Program-made: the position numbers and the translations under genes
Part shown: positions 8,656 to 20,138 of the stretch, piece after piece
Layout: each line of letters starts with the position of its first letter
Numbering within the stretch: position 1 is the stretch's first letter
The notes under the pieces: generated by a model
Told to the model about the DNA's origin: nothing
Database searches by the model: none
What the model saw: only the letters and a program-made list of their open reading frames with translations
NCBI RefSeq assembly: GCF_001644705.1
Contig: NZ_CP015137.1
Span: 2,970,001-3,002,000 of the forward strand
Direction of reading: 5' to 3'
Length of the DNA stretch: 32,000 bases
Source of the DNA: Dickeya solani IPO 2222
GTDB lineage: Bacteria > Pseudomonadota > Gammaproteobacteria > Enterobacterales > Enterobacteriaceae

Positions 8656-9810
8656 ATGAACTTCTCTTATCTACAACCGGTCAAGCTGTGCTTTGGCCGC
8701 GGCGAGTCGAAACGGGTGGGGCAGGAGGTCGCACAACTGGGGCGCAAGGTGCTGCTGGTGACCGGCACCACCAGCTGTCGCAAAACCGGCCTGCTGGATC
8801 GGGTGACCGATGCGCTGGCCGCCAGCGGCGTGACCTGCTTTCTGTTTGAGCGCATTGAGTCCAACCCGCTCAGCACCACGGTGGACGACGGCGCGCGGCT
8901 GGCGCGCATGCACCAGTGCGACGTGGTACTGGGGGTCGGCGGCGGCAGCGTGATGGACGCCGCCAAAGCCATCGCGTTCATGGCGAAACATACCGGGTCG
9001 GTGGTCGATTATCTGTCTGCCTCCGTCCCCGCGGGCGAGGCGCTGCCGCTGGTGCTGATGACCACCACGGCGGGCACCGGCAGTGAAGGCAACTGTGTGG
9101 CGGTGGTCACCAACCCGGCGACCCACGACAAACTGGTGTTTGTCAGCCCGGCGCTGTTCGCCCGCACCGCCATCATCGACCCGACGCTGATGGTGACCCA
9201 AACCCCGGCGATGGTGGCCTCTACCGGTTTTGACGCCATGAGCCACAACATCGAAGCGCTGGTCGGGCGCTATGTCCAGCCGATGAGCGCGATCATGAGC
9301 CGGGAAGCCATCGGCCTGCTGGCGCGCTATCTGCCGCGCGTCTGGCGCGACGCCGGCGATCTGGACGCCTGGGATCAGGTGTGCTGGGCCAACACCCTCG
9401 GCGGTATGGCGATCGGGTTGTCGGCCTGCGGGTTGCCGCATGCGATGGAGCACCCGCTGAGCGGGCTGTACAACATCACCCACGGTCAGGGGCTGGCGGC
9501 GCTCTACCCAGCACTGATGGAGTTCTCCTGGCGCGACAACGTAGCCGGGTTTGCCGCGGTGGCGCGGGCGATGAGCGACGACGTCGCGGCCTTGAGCGAA
9601 GAGGCGCAGGCCCGGCACAGCGTGGTGCTGATCCGGCAATTACTGGGGATGCTGGCGCTGAACTTCACGCTGCGCGATCTGGGCGTTGATGAGAAAGACA
9701 TCCCGTGGATGGCGGACAACTGCGTGCAGACGATGGGATTCAGCCTGCAGCAAAACCCGCGCATCGCCACGCGGGATGAGGTGGAAGCCCTGTATCGGGC
9801 GAGTCTGTAA
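8656..9810 (+). CDS. iron-containing (group III) alcohol dehydrogenase (384 aa)
   Basis: GGGSVMDAAKAIA motif and His-rich metal site (HNIEALV, HAMEHPLSG). GAGGAG RBS. Starts 10 nt after the aminotransferase stop. Confidence 0.9.
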   Translation: MNFSYLQPVKLCFGRGESKRVGQEVAQLGRKVLLVTGTTSCRKTGLLDRVTDALAASGVTCFLFERIESNPLSTTVDDGARLARMHQCDVVLGVGGGSVMDAAKAIAFMAKHTGSVVDYLSASVPAGEALPLVLMTTTAGTGSEGNCVAVVTNPATHDKLVFVSPALFARTAIIDPTLMVTQTPAMVASTGFDAMSHNIEALVGRYVQPMSAIMSREAIGLLARYLPRVWRDAGDLDAWDQVCWANTLGGMAIGLSACGLPHAMEHPLSGLYNITHGQGLAALYPALMEFSWRDNVAGFAAVARAMSDDVAALSEEAQARHSVVLIRQLLGMLALNFTLRDLGVDEKDIPWMADNCVQTMGFSLQQNPRIATRDEVEALYRASL

Positions 9811-9823
9811 GCAACCATAGGCT

Positions 9824-9855
9824 GTGAACAGGCCGCCAGACGGCGGCCTGTTCAC
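9824..9855 (+). terminator. perfect 14-bp stem-loop between the ADH and permease genes (gtgaacaggccgcc-agac-ggcggcctgttcac)
   Basis: Read directly. Followed by CCGTCTTC, which is a weak U-tract, so it may act as a partial terminator or an mRNA-stabilising hairpin. Confidence 0.45.
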
Positions 9856-9891
9856 CCGTCTTCAACCCGGTGCGCGATCGCGAGGGCCAAA

Positions 9892-11313
9892 ATGAAAGAG
9901 AATCAACTGAAAAAGAACAGTCTGGGGCTGTGGTCGTTAGTGTTTTTCGTGGTCGCGGCCGCGTCGCCGTTGACCGGGGTGATCGGCGGGCTGCCGGTGG
10001 CGATGTCGGCGGGCAACGGCGCAGGGATTCCCGCCATGTATGTGCTGGCCGGGGCGATTCTGCTGGTGTTCTCGTTTGGTTATATCGCCATGAGCCGTTA
10101 CGTGACCAACGCCGGCGCGTTTTACAGCTATATTGCGCTGGGGCTGGGGCAACGCACCGGCGTGAGCGCGCTGACGGTGGCGCTGCTGGCCTATTTCGCC
10201 ATTCAGATCGCGGTGGTGGCGCTGTTCGGTTTTTTCAGCCAGATGTACGTGCAGGATCATCTCGGCGTTAATTTGCCCTGGTGGATTTACAGCGGCGCGA
10301 TGTTGCTGGTGATCTGCTATCTGGGGATCGAAAGCGTGGAGATCGGCGGCAAGGTGTTGGGCATTCTGATGCTGCTGGAGGTGGGCATCGTGCTGTTGAC
10401 CGATATCGCGATCCTGTGGTCGCACGGACCGCAGCCGCTGACCTTCGCCTCTTTTACGCCGTCGGTGGTCCAGCAGGGCAACCTCGGCATCGCGCTGGTG
10501 TTTACCATTGCCGCCTTCATCGGTTTCGAATCCACCGCCATCTACGGTGAAGAGTGCCGGGAACCGGCTAAAACCATCCCCCGCGCCACCCTGATGGCGG
10601 TGGTGCTGATCACGCTGTTCTTTGCGCTGACCAGCTGGGCGATGGTGCAGGCGTACGGGCTGGAACAGGTGCGGGAGCAGGCGCTCAACAATCCGGGCCG
10701 GTTCGTGTTTGACGTCGCCAGCCGCCTGCTGGGGCCGTGGTCGGAACAGGTAATGTCGCTGCTGCTGATCACCAGCCTGTTCGCCGCCGCGCAGGCGTTC
10801 CACAACAACATTTCCCGCTACCTGTTCAGCATCAGCCGCGACGGGGTCCTGTGGTCGAAAATGGCGCAGGTGCGGAGCGGCAAGGGGACGCCTTACATCG
10901 CCAGTCTGGTGCAGACGCTGATGATGCTGGCGTTATTACTGGTGCTGACGGCCGGCGGCGCGGACCCGATGATGCATATTTTCGCCTGGGGTTCCGCGGT
11001 GGCGACGATGGCGATCCTGCTGTTGCAGGGCGGGGTATCGCTGGCGGTGGTGATGTTCTTCCGTCGCGCCTCCCATTATCCGGCGTCGGCCTGGAGCCGC
11101 CTGTGGGCGCCGTTGTGCTCGGCGGTATTGATGGGCGTGGCGTTGCTGATGGTGAGCGACAACATGGATGTGCTGAGCGGTTCTTCGTCACAGCTGGTGT
11201 TCTTTATTCCGTGGGCGGTGGTAGGGATCGCGCTGGCGGGTTACCTGTTCGCCTGCTGGACCCAACAGTCGGGGCGCGCTTTCACGCTGGAGAACATGGA
11301 CTCGCGGGGATAA
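9892..11313 (+). CDS. APC-superfamily amino acid/polyamine permease (473 aa)
   Basis: About 12 predicted TM segments with an APC-like N-terminus (LGLWSLVFFVVAAASPLTGVIGG) and the motif FIGFESTAIYGEE. Confidence 0.85.
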   Translation: MKENQLKKNSLGLWSLVFFVVAAASPLTGVIGGLPVAMSAGNGAGIPAMYVLAGAILLVFSFGYIAMSRYVTNAGAFYSYIALGLGQRTGVSALTVALLAYFAIQIAVVALFGFFSQMYVQDHLGVNLPWWIYSGAMLLVICYLGIESVEIGGKVLGILMLLEVGIVLLTDIAILWSHGPQPLTFASFTPSVVQQGNLGIALVFTIAAFIGFESTAIYGEECREPAKTIPRATLMAVVLITLFFALTSWAMVQAYGLEQVREQALNNPGRFVFDVASRLLGPWSEQVMSLLLITSLFAAAQAFHNNISRYLFSISRDGVLWSKMAQVRSGKGTPYIASLVQTLMMLALLLVLTAGGADPMMHIFAWGSAVATMAILLLQGGVSLAVVMFFRRASHYPASAWSRLWAPLCSAVLMGVALLMVSDNMDVLSGSSSQLVFFIPWAVVGIALAGYLFACWTQQSGRAFTLENMDSRG

Positions 11314-11321
11314 CGCAGGAT

Positions 11322-11356
11322 GCCGGGGAGACGGGTCCCCGGCCTGGCCTGTTTCT
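11322..11356 (+). terminator. stem-loop between convergent permease and MFS genes (gccgggga-gacggg-tccccggc) followed by a T-rich tail
   Basis: 8-bp GC stem at 11322-11343 followed by ctggccTGTTTCTTC. Confidence 0.45.
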
Positions 11357-12532
11357 TCAGTCCAGCAGCGGACGGGGCTGCCTGTCCAGCCGGCCGCTCA
11401 GGGTGATCAACAGTAGCGCGACGGCTACAATCACCGCGCCGATCCACGGCGTTTGCGCCAGTCCGCCGCGGGCGACCGTCTGCCCGCCGATCACCGACCC
11501 CAGCGCAATGCCGACGTTAAACGCCGCAATGTTTAAACCGGACGCGACGTCCACCGCATGGGGCGCATACTGTTCGGCTTTCTGCACTACATAGACCTGC
11601 AGGCCCGGCACATTGCCGAACGCGAACACCCCCATCGCCAGCACCGTCGCCAGCGCGGCGTACTGGATGGACGCCGTGAACTGGAACACCAGCAGCAACA
11701 GCGCCAGCGCCGCGAAGATAAATGTCAGCGCCGGCACCGCGCCGTGGCGATCCGCCAGTTTCCCGCCCCAGAGATTGCCAATCGCCACCGACACGCCATA
11801 ACCCAGCAGAATCCAGCTGACGGCGGAGGGGCTAAACCCTGCCAGATCCTGCATCATCGACGCCAGAAAGGTGAAGGCGGTGAACACGCCGCCGTAACCC
11901 AGTGCGGTAATCGCGTAAATCATCAGCAGTCTGGGGTGGGTCAGCACCTGCAACTGTGCTTTCAGGCTGGCGATGGCCCGACCGGGGATGGTGTTCGGCA
12001 CCAGCAGCAGGCTGCTTAACAGTGAAATCACGCCCAGCGCCGACACGGCCAGAAAGGTTTCGCGCCAGCCGGCGTGCTGGCCGATGAAGGTGCCCAGCGG
12101 TACGCCGGTCACCAGCGCCACGGTCAGCCCGCCAAACATGATGGCGATCGCCGAAGCGGCTTTCTCTTTCGGCACCAGACTGGTGGCGATGGTGGATCCA
12201 ATCGAGAAGAACACGCCATGCGCCAGCCCGGTCAGCAGCCGCGCCGCCACCAGCGTGGCGTAGTTGGGGGCCAGCCAGGCCAGCAGGTTGCCGGCGGTGA
12301 ACAGCGCCATCAGCCCGACCAACAGCGGTTTGCGCGGTAGCGTTCCGGTGAGCGCGGTCAGCACCGGCGCGCCCACGGCGACGCCCAGCGCGTAAATGGA
12401 AACCAGCAGTCCTGCCGAGGGCAGCGAAATCGCCAGTTGGTCGGCGATGGTCGGCACCAGGCCGACAATCACGAATTCGGTGGTGCCAATTGCAAAGGCA
12501 CTGATGGTGAGAGCCAGTAACGCCAGCGGCAT
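11357..12532 (-). CDS. MFS transporter, YdhP-like (391 aa)
   Basis: Collinear similarity to E. coli YdhP (AFAIGTTEF..GL.P.IA, GAPVLTAL, GNLWGGKLADR). Start trimmed to MPLALLAL at 12532, with GGAG 7 nt upstream. Divergent from a LysR regulator gene. Confidence 0.85.
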   Translation of the reverse strand: MPLALLALTISAFAIGTTEFVIVGLVPTIADQLAISLPSAGLLVSIYALGVAVGAPVLTALTGTLPRKPLLVGLMALFTAGNLLAWLAPNYATLVAARLLTGLAHGVFFSIGSTIATSLVPKEKAASAIAIMFGGLTVALVTGVPLGTFIGQHAGWRETFLAVSALGVISLLSSLLLVPNTIPGRAIASLKAQLQVLTHPRLLMIYAITALGYGGVFTAFTFLASMMQDLAGFSPSAVSWILLGYGVSVAIGNLWGGKLADRHGAVPALTFIFAALALLLLVFQFTASIQYAALATVLAMGVFAFGNVPGLQVYVVQKAEQYAPHAVDVASGLNIAAFNVGIALGSVIGGQTVARGGLAQTPWIGAVIVAVALLLITLSGRLDRQPRPLLD

Positions 12533-12638
12533 AATTATCTCCATAAAACGGGGTTTGATTAATGGCGCTCAGTATGGAGAACTGCTTAAATAACAAAAAT
12601 GGCTAAAATCTCAATGGAATTTTGCTGGAGAAGCAAAA

Positions 12639-13526
12639 ATGAAGGCGACCTCGGAAGAGCTGGCGATTTTTGTCTCGGTGGTGGAAAACGGCAGCTTCAG
12701 CCGGGCGGCGGAACAGTTGGGGCTGGCGAACTCGGCGGTGAGCCGGGCGGTGAAGAAACTCGAAATGAAGCTGGGCGTCAGCCTGCTGAACCGCACCACG
12801 CGGCAACTGAGCCTGACGGAAGAGGGCGAACGCTATTTTCGCCGGGTGCAGCAGATACTACAGGAGATGGCGGCGGCGGAAACCGAACTGATGGAAACCC
12901 GCCGCACGCCGCGCGGCCTGTTGCGCATTGACGCTGCCACGCCGGTGGTGCTGCATCTGCTGATGCCGCTGGTTAAACCGTTTCGTGAGCGTTACCCCGA
13001 GGTGACGCTGTCGTTGGTGTCGTCGGAGACGTTTATTAACCTGATTGAGCGCAAGGTCGATGTGGCGATCCGCGCCGGGACGCTCACCGACTCCAGCCTG
13101 CGCGCCCGCCCGTTGTTTACCAGCTATCGCAAGATCGTCGCCTCGCCGGACTATGTGGCGAAACACGGCGCGCCGCAGCATGTGGATGAACTGGCGCGGC
13201 ATCTTTGCCTGGGGTTTACCGAGCCGGTGTCGCTCAATACCTGGCCGGTGGCGCGCGCAGACGGCCAACTTTATGAGATTGAGGTGGGGTTGTCGTCCAA
13301 CAGCGGCGAAACCCTCAAGCAACTGAGCCTGACGGGCAACGGCATCGTCTGTCTGTCGGATTACATGATTGACGGGGAGATCGCCCGCGGCGAACTGGTG
13401 GAACTGCTCGCCGACCAGCGCCTGCCGGTCGCCATGCCGTTCAGCGCGGTCTATTATAGCGATCGCGCCGTCAGCACCCGCATCCGGGCGTTTATCGATT
13501 TTCTGAGCGAGCAGGTGCAGCGGTAA
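12639..13526 (+). CDS. yafC: LysR-family transcriptional regulator YafC (295 aa)
   Basis: The N-terminal ~70 aa are nearly identical to my recollection of E. coli YafC ([61 protein letters not shown]). Convergent with dkgB, as in E. coli. Confidence 0.85.
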   Translation: MKATSEELAIFVSVVENGSFSRAAEQLGLANSAVSRAVKKLEMKLGVSLLNRTTRQLSLTEEGERYFRRVQQILQEMAAAETELMETRRTPRGLLRIDAATPVVLHLLMPLVKPFRERYPEVTLSLVSSETFINLIERKVDVAIRAGTLTDSSLRARPLFTSYRKIVASPDYVAKHGAPQHVDELARHLCLGFTEPVSLNTWPVARADGQLYEIEVGLSSNSGETLKQLSLTGNGIVCLSDYMIDGEIARGELVELLADQRLPVAMPFSAVYYSDRAVSTRIRAFIDFLSEQVQR

Positions 13527-13585
13527 GAAAGTGGTAAGAAAACGGTGAGACTGATTGTCGATCGCCCCACCGTTTCAACGGTTGA

Positions 13586-14392
13586 TTACCGATCCCACTC
13601 CGGCGCCAGACCGTCCGGGCTGACCAGGCGGTCGTTGCGATCCAGCGCGGCGATGGCCGTCATGTCGTCGGCATCCAGCGTCAGCGTTGGCGCCAGCAGG
13701 TTGCTCTGCAAGTTCTCGCGTTTTGTCGACGAGGGGATCACGGCGTAACCCAGCGCCAGCGCCCAGGCCAGAATTACCTGAGCGGGCGTGGCCTGATGCT
13801 TCGCGGCGATCGCGCCAATCACCTTATCTTTCAGCGCGTTGCCGTAGGCCAGCGTCATGTAAGAGGTGATGTGGATGCCGCGCGCGCGCGCCCAGTCCGC
13901 CACGCGGCGGTTTTGCAGGTACGGCGACAGCTCGATCTGGTTGGTGGCGATCTGCCCGGCGCCGACGGCGTCAATGGCCTGCTGCATCAGCGCGATGGTG
14001 AAGTTGGACACGCCGATTTCGCGCGTCAACCCCTGCTGTTTCGCTTCCACCAGCGCCTGCATGGACTCCGCCACGCTGACTGCATGGCCGGGCGACGGCC
14101 AGTGGATCAGCGTCAGATCCACGTAGTCGGTGTGCAGCTTGCTCAGGCTCTGTTTCAGGCTGGGGATCAGTTTTTCCCGGCTCAGGTTTTCGGTCCAAAT
14201 CTTGGTGGTGAGATACAGCTCGCCGCGCGGCACGCCGCTTGCCGCCACCGCCTGACCCACCGCCGCTTCGTTGTCGTAAATCTGCGCAGTATCGATGGCG
14301 CGGTAGCCCAGTGCCAGCGCGTTGTTGACCGAAGCGATGACTACCTCGTCTTTAAGGCGGAACGTACCTAACCCGAATGCAGGAACTGCCAT
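13586..14392 (-). CDS. dkgB: 2,5-didehydrogluconate reductase B (aldo/keto reductase, 268 aa)
   Basis: Collinear high similarity to E. coli DkgB ([61 protein letters not shown]). GAGG RBS. Confidence 0.92.
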   Translation of the reverse strand: MAVPAFGLGTFRLKDEVVIASVNNALALGYRAIDTAQIYDNEAAVGQAVAASGVPRGELYLTTKIWTENLSREKLIPSLKQSLSKLHTDYVDLTLIHWPSPGHAVSVAESMQALVEAKQQGLTREIGVSNFTIALMQQAIDAVGAGQIATNQIELSPYLQNRRVADWARARGIHITSYMTLAYGNALKDKVIGAIAAKHQATPAQVILAWALALGYAVIPSSTKRENLQSNLLAPTLTLDADDMTAIAALDRNDRLVSPDGLAPEWDR

Positions 14393-14550
14393 GATTGACC
14401 TCGTTTGTCACAGGAATAAGGCGGTGGATTATCACGAGGCGCGATGCTGTGAAAAAGGTGAACAAACGCAGAGGTTTTTTGCTGTTACAGCAATAATGCA
14501 GTGAAATAGAAGTAATGCGGCGAAATCAATCGGCGACACAGCAAGCCGCG

Positions 14551-14582
14551 ACAAGAAAAAGCCCCGGCGCAGCGACGGGGCT
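14551..14582 (-). terminator. intrinsic terminator of the RpiR-family (iolR) gene
   Basis: The minus strand reads AGCCCCG-tcgctgcgc-CGGGGCT followed by TTTTCTTGT, beginning 29 nt after the stop. Confidence 0.8.
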
Positions 14583-14610
14583 TCCTGAATCAATAATCGA
14601 TACCCGGTGG

Positions 14611-15468
14611 TCAGGCGCTTTTCTGACCTTCCTCACGCTGGCGCAGGCTGTTGCCCTGACGATAGGCCAGCGAAACCATGAGCGACTGCACCAGACACAG
14701 CGTGGCCGACTGGGAGCGGAAGGCGTCTACCTGCGCTTCTTTCACCACAAAGCACACATCGCTGAGCGTCGCTAGCGGGCTTAACTGACTGTCGGTGATC
14801 ACGATCTGGTGTGCGCCCGCGCTGGCGGCCATTTCGCTCACCATCACCGTTTCCTGCGCGTATGGCGAGAAGCTGATCGACACCACGATATCCTTGTCGT
14901 TCAGGCGGCACAGCTGCTCGCGGAACATCCCCCCCAGCCCGTTGACCAACACCGGGCGGCTTTCCAGATGGCTCAGCGCGTAGGACAGGTAAGTGGCGAC
15001 GCTGAACGAGCGCCGCAGCCCGACGATGTAGATAGTGTCGGCCTGCGCCAGCAAATCGACCGCTTTCTCCAGGTCTTCCGGCTGGGTGCGCGCGGCCAGT
15101 TGCTGCATCGCCTGCGCGTTGGAGCGGGCGAACTCGTGCAGGATGTCCTGCGGACGTTCCGGCACGATGTCTTCCATCTCCCGAAACAGACGCGCCCGAT
15201 CGGTGTAGCTGGCGGTTTCCTCCACCAGATTCATGCGGAACAGCTGTTTCATTTCATTGAAACCGCTGAAATCGAAGGCGTTGGCGAAGCGGATAAGCGT
15301 GGAGGGCGGTACGTCCGCCTGCTCGGCGATCACCGCCACGGTGTCGAACGCCACGCTGTTGGTGTTGTCCAGCACGTAACGCGCCACCTGCTGCAAACGC
15401 TTGCTCAGGGAGTCGTACCGTGCGCGGATCTGCTCCTGTAATTCTCTCAGGCTGGTCGCCATAGCCAT
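14611..15468 (-). CDS. iolR: RpiR/MurR-family regulator (HTH plus SIS domain), likely inositol repressor IolR (285 aa)
   Basis: N-terminal HTH_6-type region (LSKRLQQVARYVLDN...IAEQADVPPSTLIRFA) and a C-terminal SIS domain. Divergent from iolA-iolD; enterobacterial IolR is RpiR-type. Start trimmed to 15468, with GGAG 9-10 nt upstream. Confidence 0.75.
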   Translation of the reverse strand: MAMATSLRELQEQIRARYDSLSKRLQQVARYVLDNTNSVAFDTVAVIAEQADVPPSTLIRFANAFDFSGFNEMKQLFRMNLVEETASYTDRARLFREMEDIVPERPQDILHEFARSNAQAMQQLAARTQPEDLEKAVDLLAQADTIYIVGLRRSFSVATYLSYALSHLESRPVLVNGLGGMFREQLCRLNDKDIVVSISFSPYAQETVMVSEMAASAGAHQIVITDSQLSPLATLSDVCFVVKEAQVDAFRSQSATLCLVQSLMVSLAYRQGNSLRQREEGQKSA

Positions 15469-15780
15469 AATATTGTTCTCCGTTATCCCGGCGGGATACT
15501 GCTGATCCGATTCTAGTGAGTTGAACCGGCATTTCAAACCGATTTGTCATTTTTTCGGTGAAAAATAGAATGAATAATTCAGTTTTTCCGGGCGTTAACG
15601 GCTGATGAAACCGCATGGAAAGCCGGTTAAATGCTGGTTACCTGCCGTTTACCGGAAAATCTATCCTGGATCACAATAATCAACATTTGTTTTATTTCTT
15701 ATTAAAATGGAATTTTTATTTCATATACAGTAAAGCGGTATCAGCCATCTGTCACCCTAAACCCCAGCAGAGGTGTAACC

Positions 15781-17292
<1,512 letters not shown>

Positions 17293-17319
17293 TTCCACCT
17301 GATTTGCGGGAGCAGAACG

Positions 17320-19251
17320 ATGGACACGTTGAAAATGACCATGGCGCAGGCGCTGGTCCGGTTTCTCAATCAGCAATACCTTGACGTCGACGGCGAGCAA
17401 ACGCCGTTGTTTGCCGGGGTGATGACCATCTTCGGGCACGGCAACGTGCTCGGCATCGGGCAGGCGCTGGAGCAGGATGCCGGGCACCTGCAGGTGCATC
17501 AGGGGTGCAACGAGCAGGGCATGGCGCACATCGCCGTCGGCTTTGCCAAACAGCACCGGCGGCGGCGGGTGTACGCGGTGACCACCTCGGTGGGGCCGGG
17601 CTCCGCCAATCTGGTGACGGCGGCGGCCACCGCCACCGCCAACCGCATTCCGCTGTTGCTGCTGCCGGGGGATCTGTTCGCCAGCCGTCAGCCCGACCCG
17701 GTGTTGCAGCAAATCGAGCAGTATCACGACGCGACCATCAGCACCAACGATTGCCTGCGGCCGGTGTCGCGCTACTGGGACCGCATCAGTCGTCCGGAGC
17801 AACTGATGAGCGCGCTGATCAATGCCATGCGGGTGCTGACCGATCCGGCGGACACCGGCACGGTGACGCTGTGCCTGCCGCAGGACGTGCAGGCGGAAGC
17901 CTGGGATTATCCGGCGGCGTTTTTCCAGCGACGGGTGCATCATCTGGAACGACGTCCGCCGGACGCCGCCCGGCTGGCGCAGGCGGCGGCATTACTGGCG
18001 CGCAAACGCCGTCCGTTGTTGATTTGCGGCGGCGGGGTGCGTTATGCCGGTGCGCACGACGTTTTTCAGCAGTTTGCCGAGCGTTTTAATTTGCCGTTTG
18101 GCGAAACTCAGGCGGGCAAGGGCGCGCTGGTGTCGACGCACCCGCTTAACGCCGGCGGCATTGGCGTCACCGGCGGGCAGGCCGCCAACCGGCTGGCGGC
18201 GCAGGCGGATCTGGTGATTGGCGTCGGCACCCGGCTGACCGACTTCACCACGGCTTCCAAGTCGCTGTTTACCCACCCGCAGGTCGAGTTTTTGCTGCTC
18301 AACGTGGCGGAGTTCGACGCGTTCAAACTGGATGCCACCGCACTGATCGCCGACGCCCGCGAGGGGCTGACGCAACTGGCGCAGATGCTGGACGCCCAGG
18401 GTTATCGCAGCGGCTGGGGGGAAGAAATCGCACAGGCGCGTCTCGACTGGCAACAGGAGCGTCAGCGGCTGTTCGCCCGGCGTGACGAAGACGGACAGGG
18501 GCTGGAAATCGCCGGGCATCTGGACGCGCAACTGGCGGAGTACCGCGAAACGCTTGGCACCCGGCTAACGCAAACCCGCGTGCTGGGGCTGTTGAACGAC
18601 GCGCTGGAAGACGACGCTATCGTGGTGGGCGCGGCCGGGTCGCTACCTGGCGACCTGCAACGGCTGTGGCAGGTGAAAACGCCGGACAGCTACCATCTGG
18701 AGTACGGTTATTCCTGCATGGGGTATGAGATCGCGGCGGCGGTGGGCGCACGGCTGGCGGCGCCGCGACAGCCGGTGTACGCGATGGTGGGCGACGGTTC
18801 CTACCTGATGCTGCACAGCGAGCTGCAAACCGCGGTGCAGGAAGGCATCAAGATAACCGTGCTGCTGTTCGACAACGCCGGGTTTGGCTGCATCAACAAC
18901 TTGCAGATGAGTCAGGGCATGGGCAGCTTCTGCACCGAGAACCGGCGGCGTGATCGGGACAGCGGCACGCTGACTGGCTCGCTGGTGACGGTGGATTTCG
19001 CCCGCAACGCTGAAAGCTACGGCTGCCGGGCGTGGACGGTGCGGGATGAAACGTCGTTGCTGCAGGCGCTGCGTGAGGCGCAGGCGCACCCCGGCCCTTG
19101 TCTGCTGGATATCAAGGTGCTGCCGAAAACCATGACCCACGGCTACGACGCCTGGTGGAATACCGGTACCGCGCAGGTGGCGGACAATCCGGCGATTGAA
19201 GCGGCGGCGCGCCAGGTACAGTTACAGCGCTCGAAAGCGCGGCAGTATTAA
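17320..19251 (+). CDS. iolD: 3D-(3,5/4)-trihydroxycyclohexane-1,2-dione acylhydrolase (643 aa, ThDP-dependent)
   Basis: ThDP-enzyme architecture with the motif [18 protein letters not shown]...[15 protein letters not shown]. Size and iol context fit IolD. Confidence 0.9.
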   Translation: MDTLKMTMAQALVRFLNQQYLDVDGEQTPLFAGVMTIFGHGNVLGIGQALEQDAGHLQVHQGCNEQGMAHIAVGFAKQHRRRRVYAVTTSVGPGSANLVTAAATATANRIPLLLLPGDLFASRQPDPVLQQIEQYHDATISTNDCLRPVSRYWDRISRPEQLMSALINAMRVLTDPADTGTVTLCLPQDVQAEAWDYPAAFFQRRVHHLERRPPDAARLAQAAALLARKRRPLLICGGGVRYAGAHDVFQQFAERFNLPFGETQAGKGALVSTHPLNAGGIGVTGGQAANRLAAQADLVIGVGTRLTDFTTASKSLFTHPQVEFLLLNVAEFDAFKLDATALIADAREGLTQLAQMLDAQGYRSGWGEEIAQARLDWQQERQRLFARRDEDGQGLEIAGHLDAQLAEYRETLGTRLTQTRVLGLLNDALEDDAIVVGAAGSLPGDLQRLWQVKTPDSYHLEYGYSCMGYEIAAAVGARLAAPRQPVYAMVGDGSYLMLHSELQTAVQEGIKITVLLFDNAGFGCINNLQMSQGMGSFCTENRRRDRDSGTLTGSLVTVDFARNAESYGCRAWTVRDETSLLQALREAQAHPGPCLLDIKVLPKTMTHGYDAWWNTGTAQVADNPAIEAAARQVQLQRSKARQY

Positions 19252-19435
19252 GGCCGATGACCGACAAACCTTTTGGCGGCGGTGTCCTGCAATGATTCGC
19301 GCCGCCGGCGTAGATTCACCATGCCGCCGTCAAGGCGGCGCAAGACGCATATAGCAGCCAATGCACAGGCCCGGCAACGCTGAGAACGGCGTTGTCGGGC
19401 TCGTCCGAAGGCTGGGGTATCCCACCTGTTTTTCG

Positions 19436-19897
19436 TCACTGAACTGGAATATGCATGTCGATATCCCAGTAGCCGTCGCTGTAGCCGTCATTGAGATAGA
19501 CTTCGAAACAGGCGCGCGCCGGGTCGATGGTGTTACCATCGCCGAGTAACGCGGCAAAAAACGCCTGCCACGATAGGCCAAAATCATCGTTGGATACGCG
19601 CGCACGGGCAATCGCGTACTGACCTGCGGCGATCTCCGTCGTTATCGCCCCTTCGCCGTCGGCGGGCAGGTGAAAATCAGCGGGTACGCTTACCACGGTA
19701 TCCGCAGCCAGTTTTTCAGGCGGCGTCTCTTGTGGGTTGCCGTAATAAACCGCGATCCACTCCAGCGGCTGCACCGCGTGCTCATCCACCCATTTCATTA
19801 GTTGTTCAAATCCTTGCGGCACCGTCTGTTCCCATGGCCCCACCAGATGGAACCCAGCCGCATGGCGTTTATCCACATGCTGAACGTTGTAATCCAT
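19436..19897 (-). CDS. sbmC: DNA gyrase inhibitor SbmC/GyrI (153 aa)
   Basis: Collinear similarity to E. coli SbmC ([29 protein letters not shown]...DGYWDI.M). AAGGA RBS. Confidence 0.9.
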   Translation of the reverse strand: MDYNVQHVDKRHAAGFHLVGPWEQTVPQGFEQLMKWVDEHAVQPLEWIAVYYGNPQETPPEKLAADTVVSVPADFHLPADGEGAITTEIAAGQYAIARARVSNDDFGLSWQAFFAALLGDGNTIDPARACFEVYLNDGYSDGYWDIDMHIPVQ

Positions 19898-19919
19898 ATC
19901 TGATCCTTACCAATATGAT

Positions 19920-19939
19920 GACTGTGTATTTATACACCT
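19920..19939 (-). promoter_or_regulatory. near-consensus LexA box upstream of sbmC (plus strand CTG-N10-CAC)
   Basis: gaCTGtgtatttataCACct has one mismatch in the CAG half and a TA-rich spacer. It lies 23-42 nt upstream of the sbmC ATG and overlaps a TATAAA -10-like element on the minus strand. Confidence 0.45.
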
Positions 19940-20083
19940 TAATATACACCTCAATGTCGCGTGGACACGATGATCGTATTCCGTATGCGAGCGAACTCGC
20001 ATTCTTGTCAGAAGAAGGCGCTGATGTCCTAAACAGGGAAGGCATTGCGGTAAAAACCGGCGGTGTATTTTGCGTCGCGGCTG

Positions 20084-20115
20084 AGGGGGAGGCGATAGCA
20101 TCCCCCTTATTTTTT
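20084..20115 (+). terminator. plus-strand intrinsic terminator (aggggga-ggcgatagca-tccccct followed by TATTTTTT) with no annotated plus-strand gene upstream
   Basis: 7-bp stem and 10-nt loop with a T-run only on the plus strand. An A-run precedes the hairpin on the minus strand, so weak bidirectional function for the islet operon ending at 20139 is possible. Confidence 0.6.
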
Positions 20116-20138
20116 CACAGCCATTCAGCCGCTATGGA

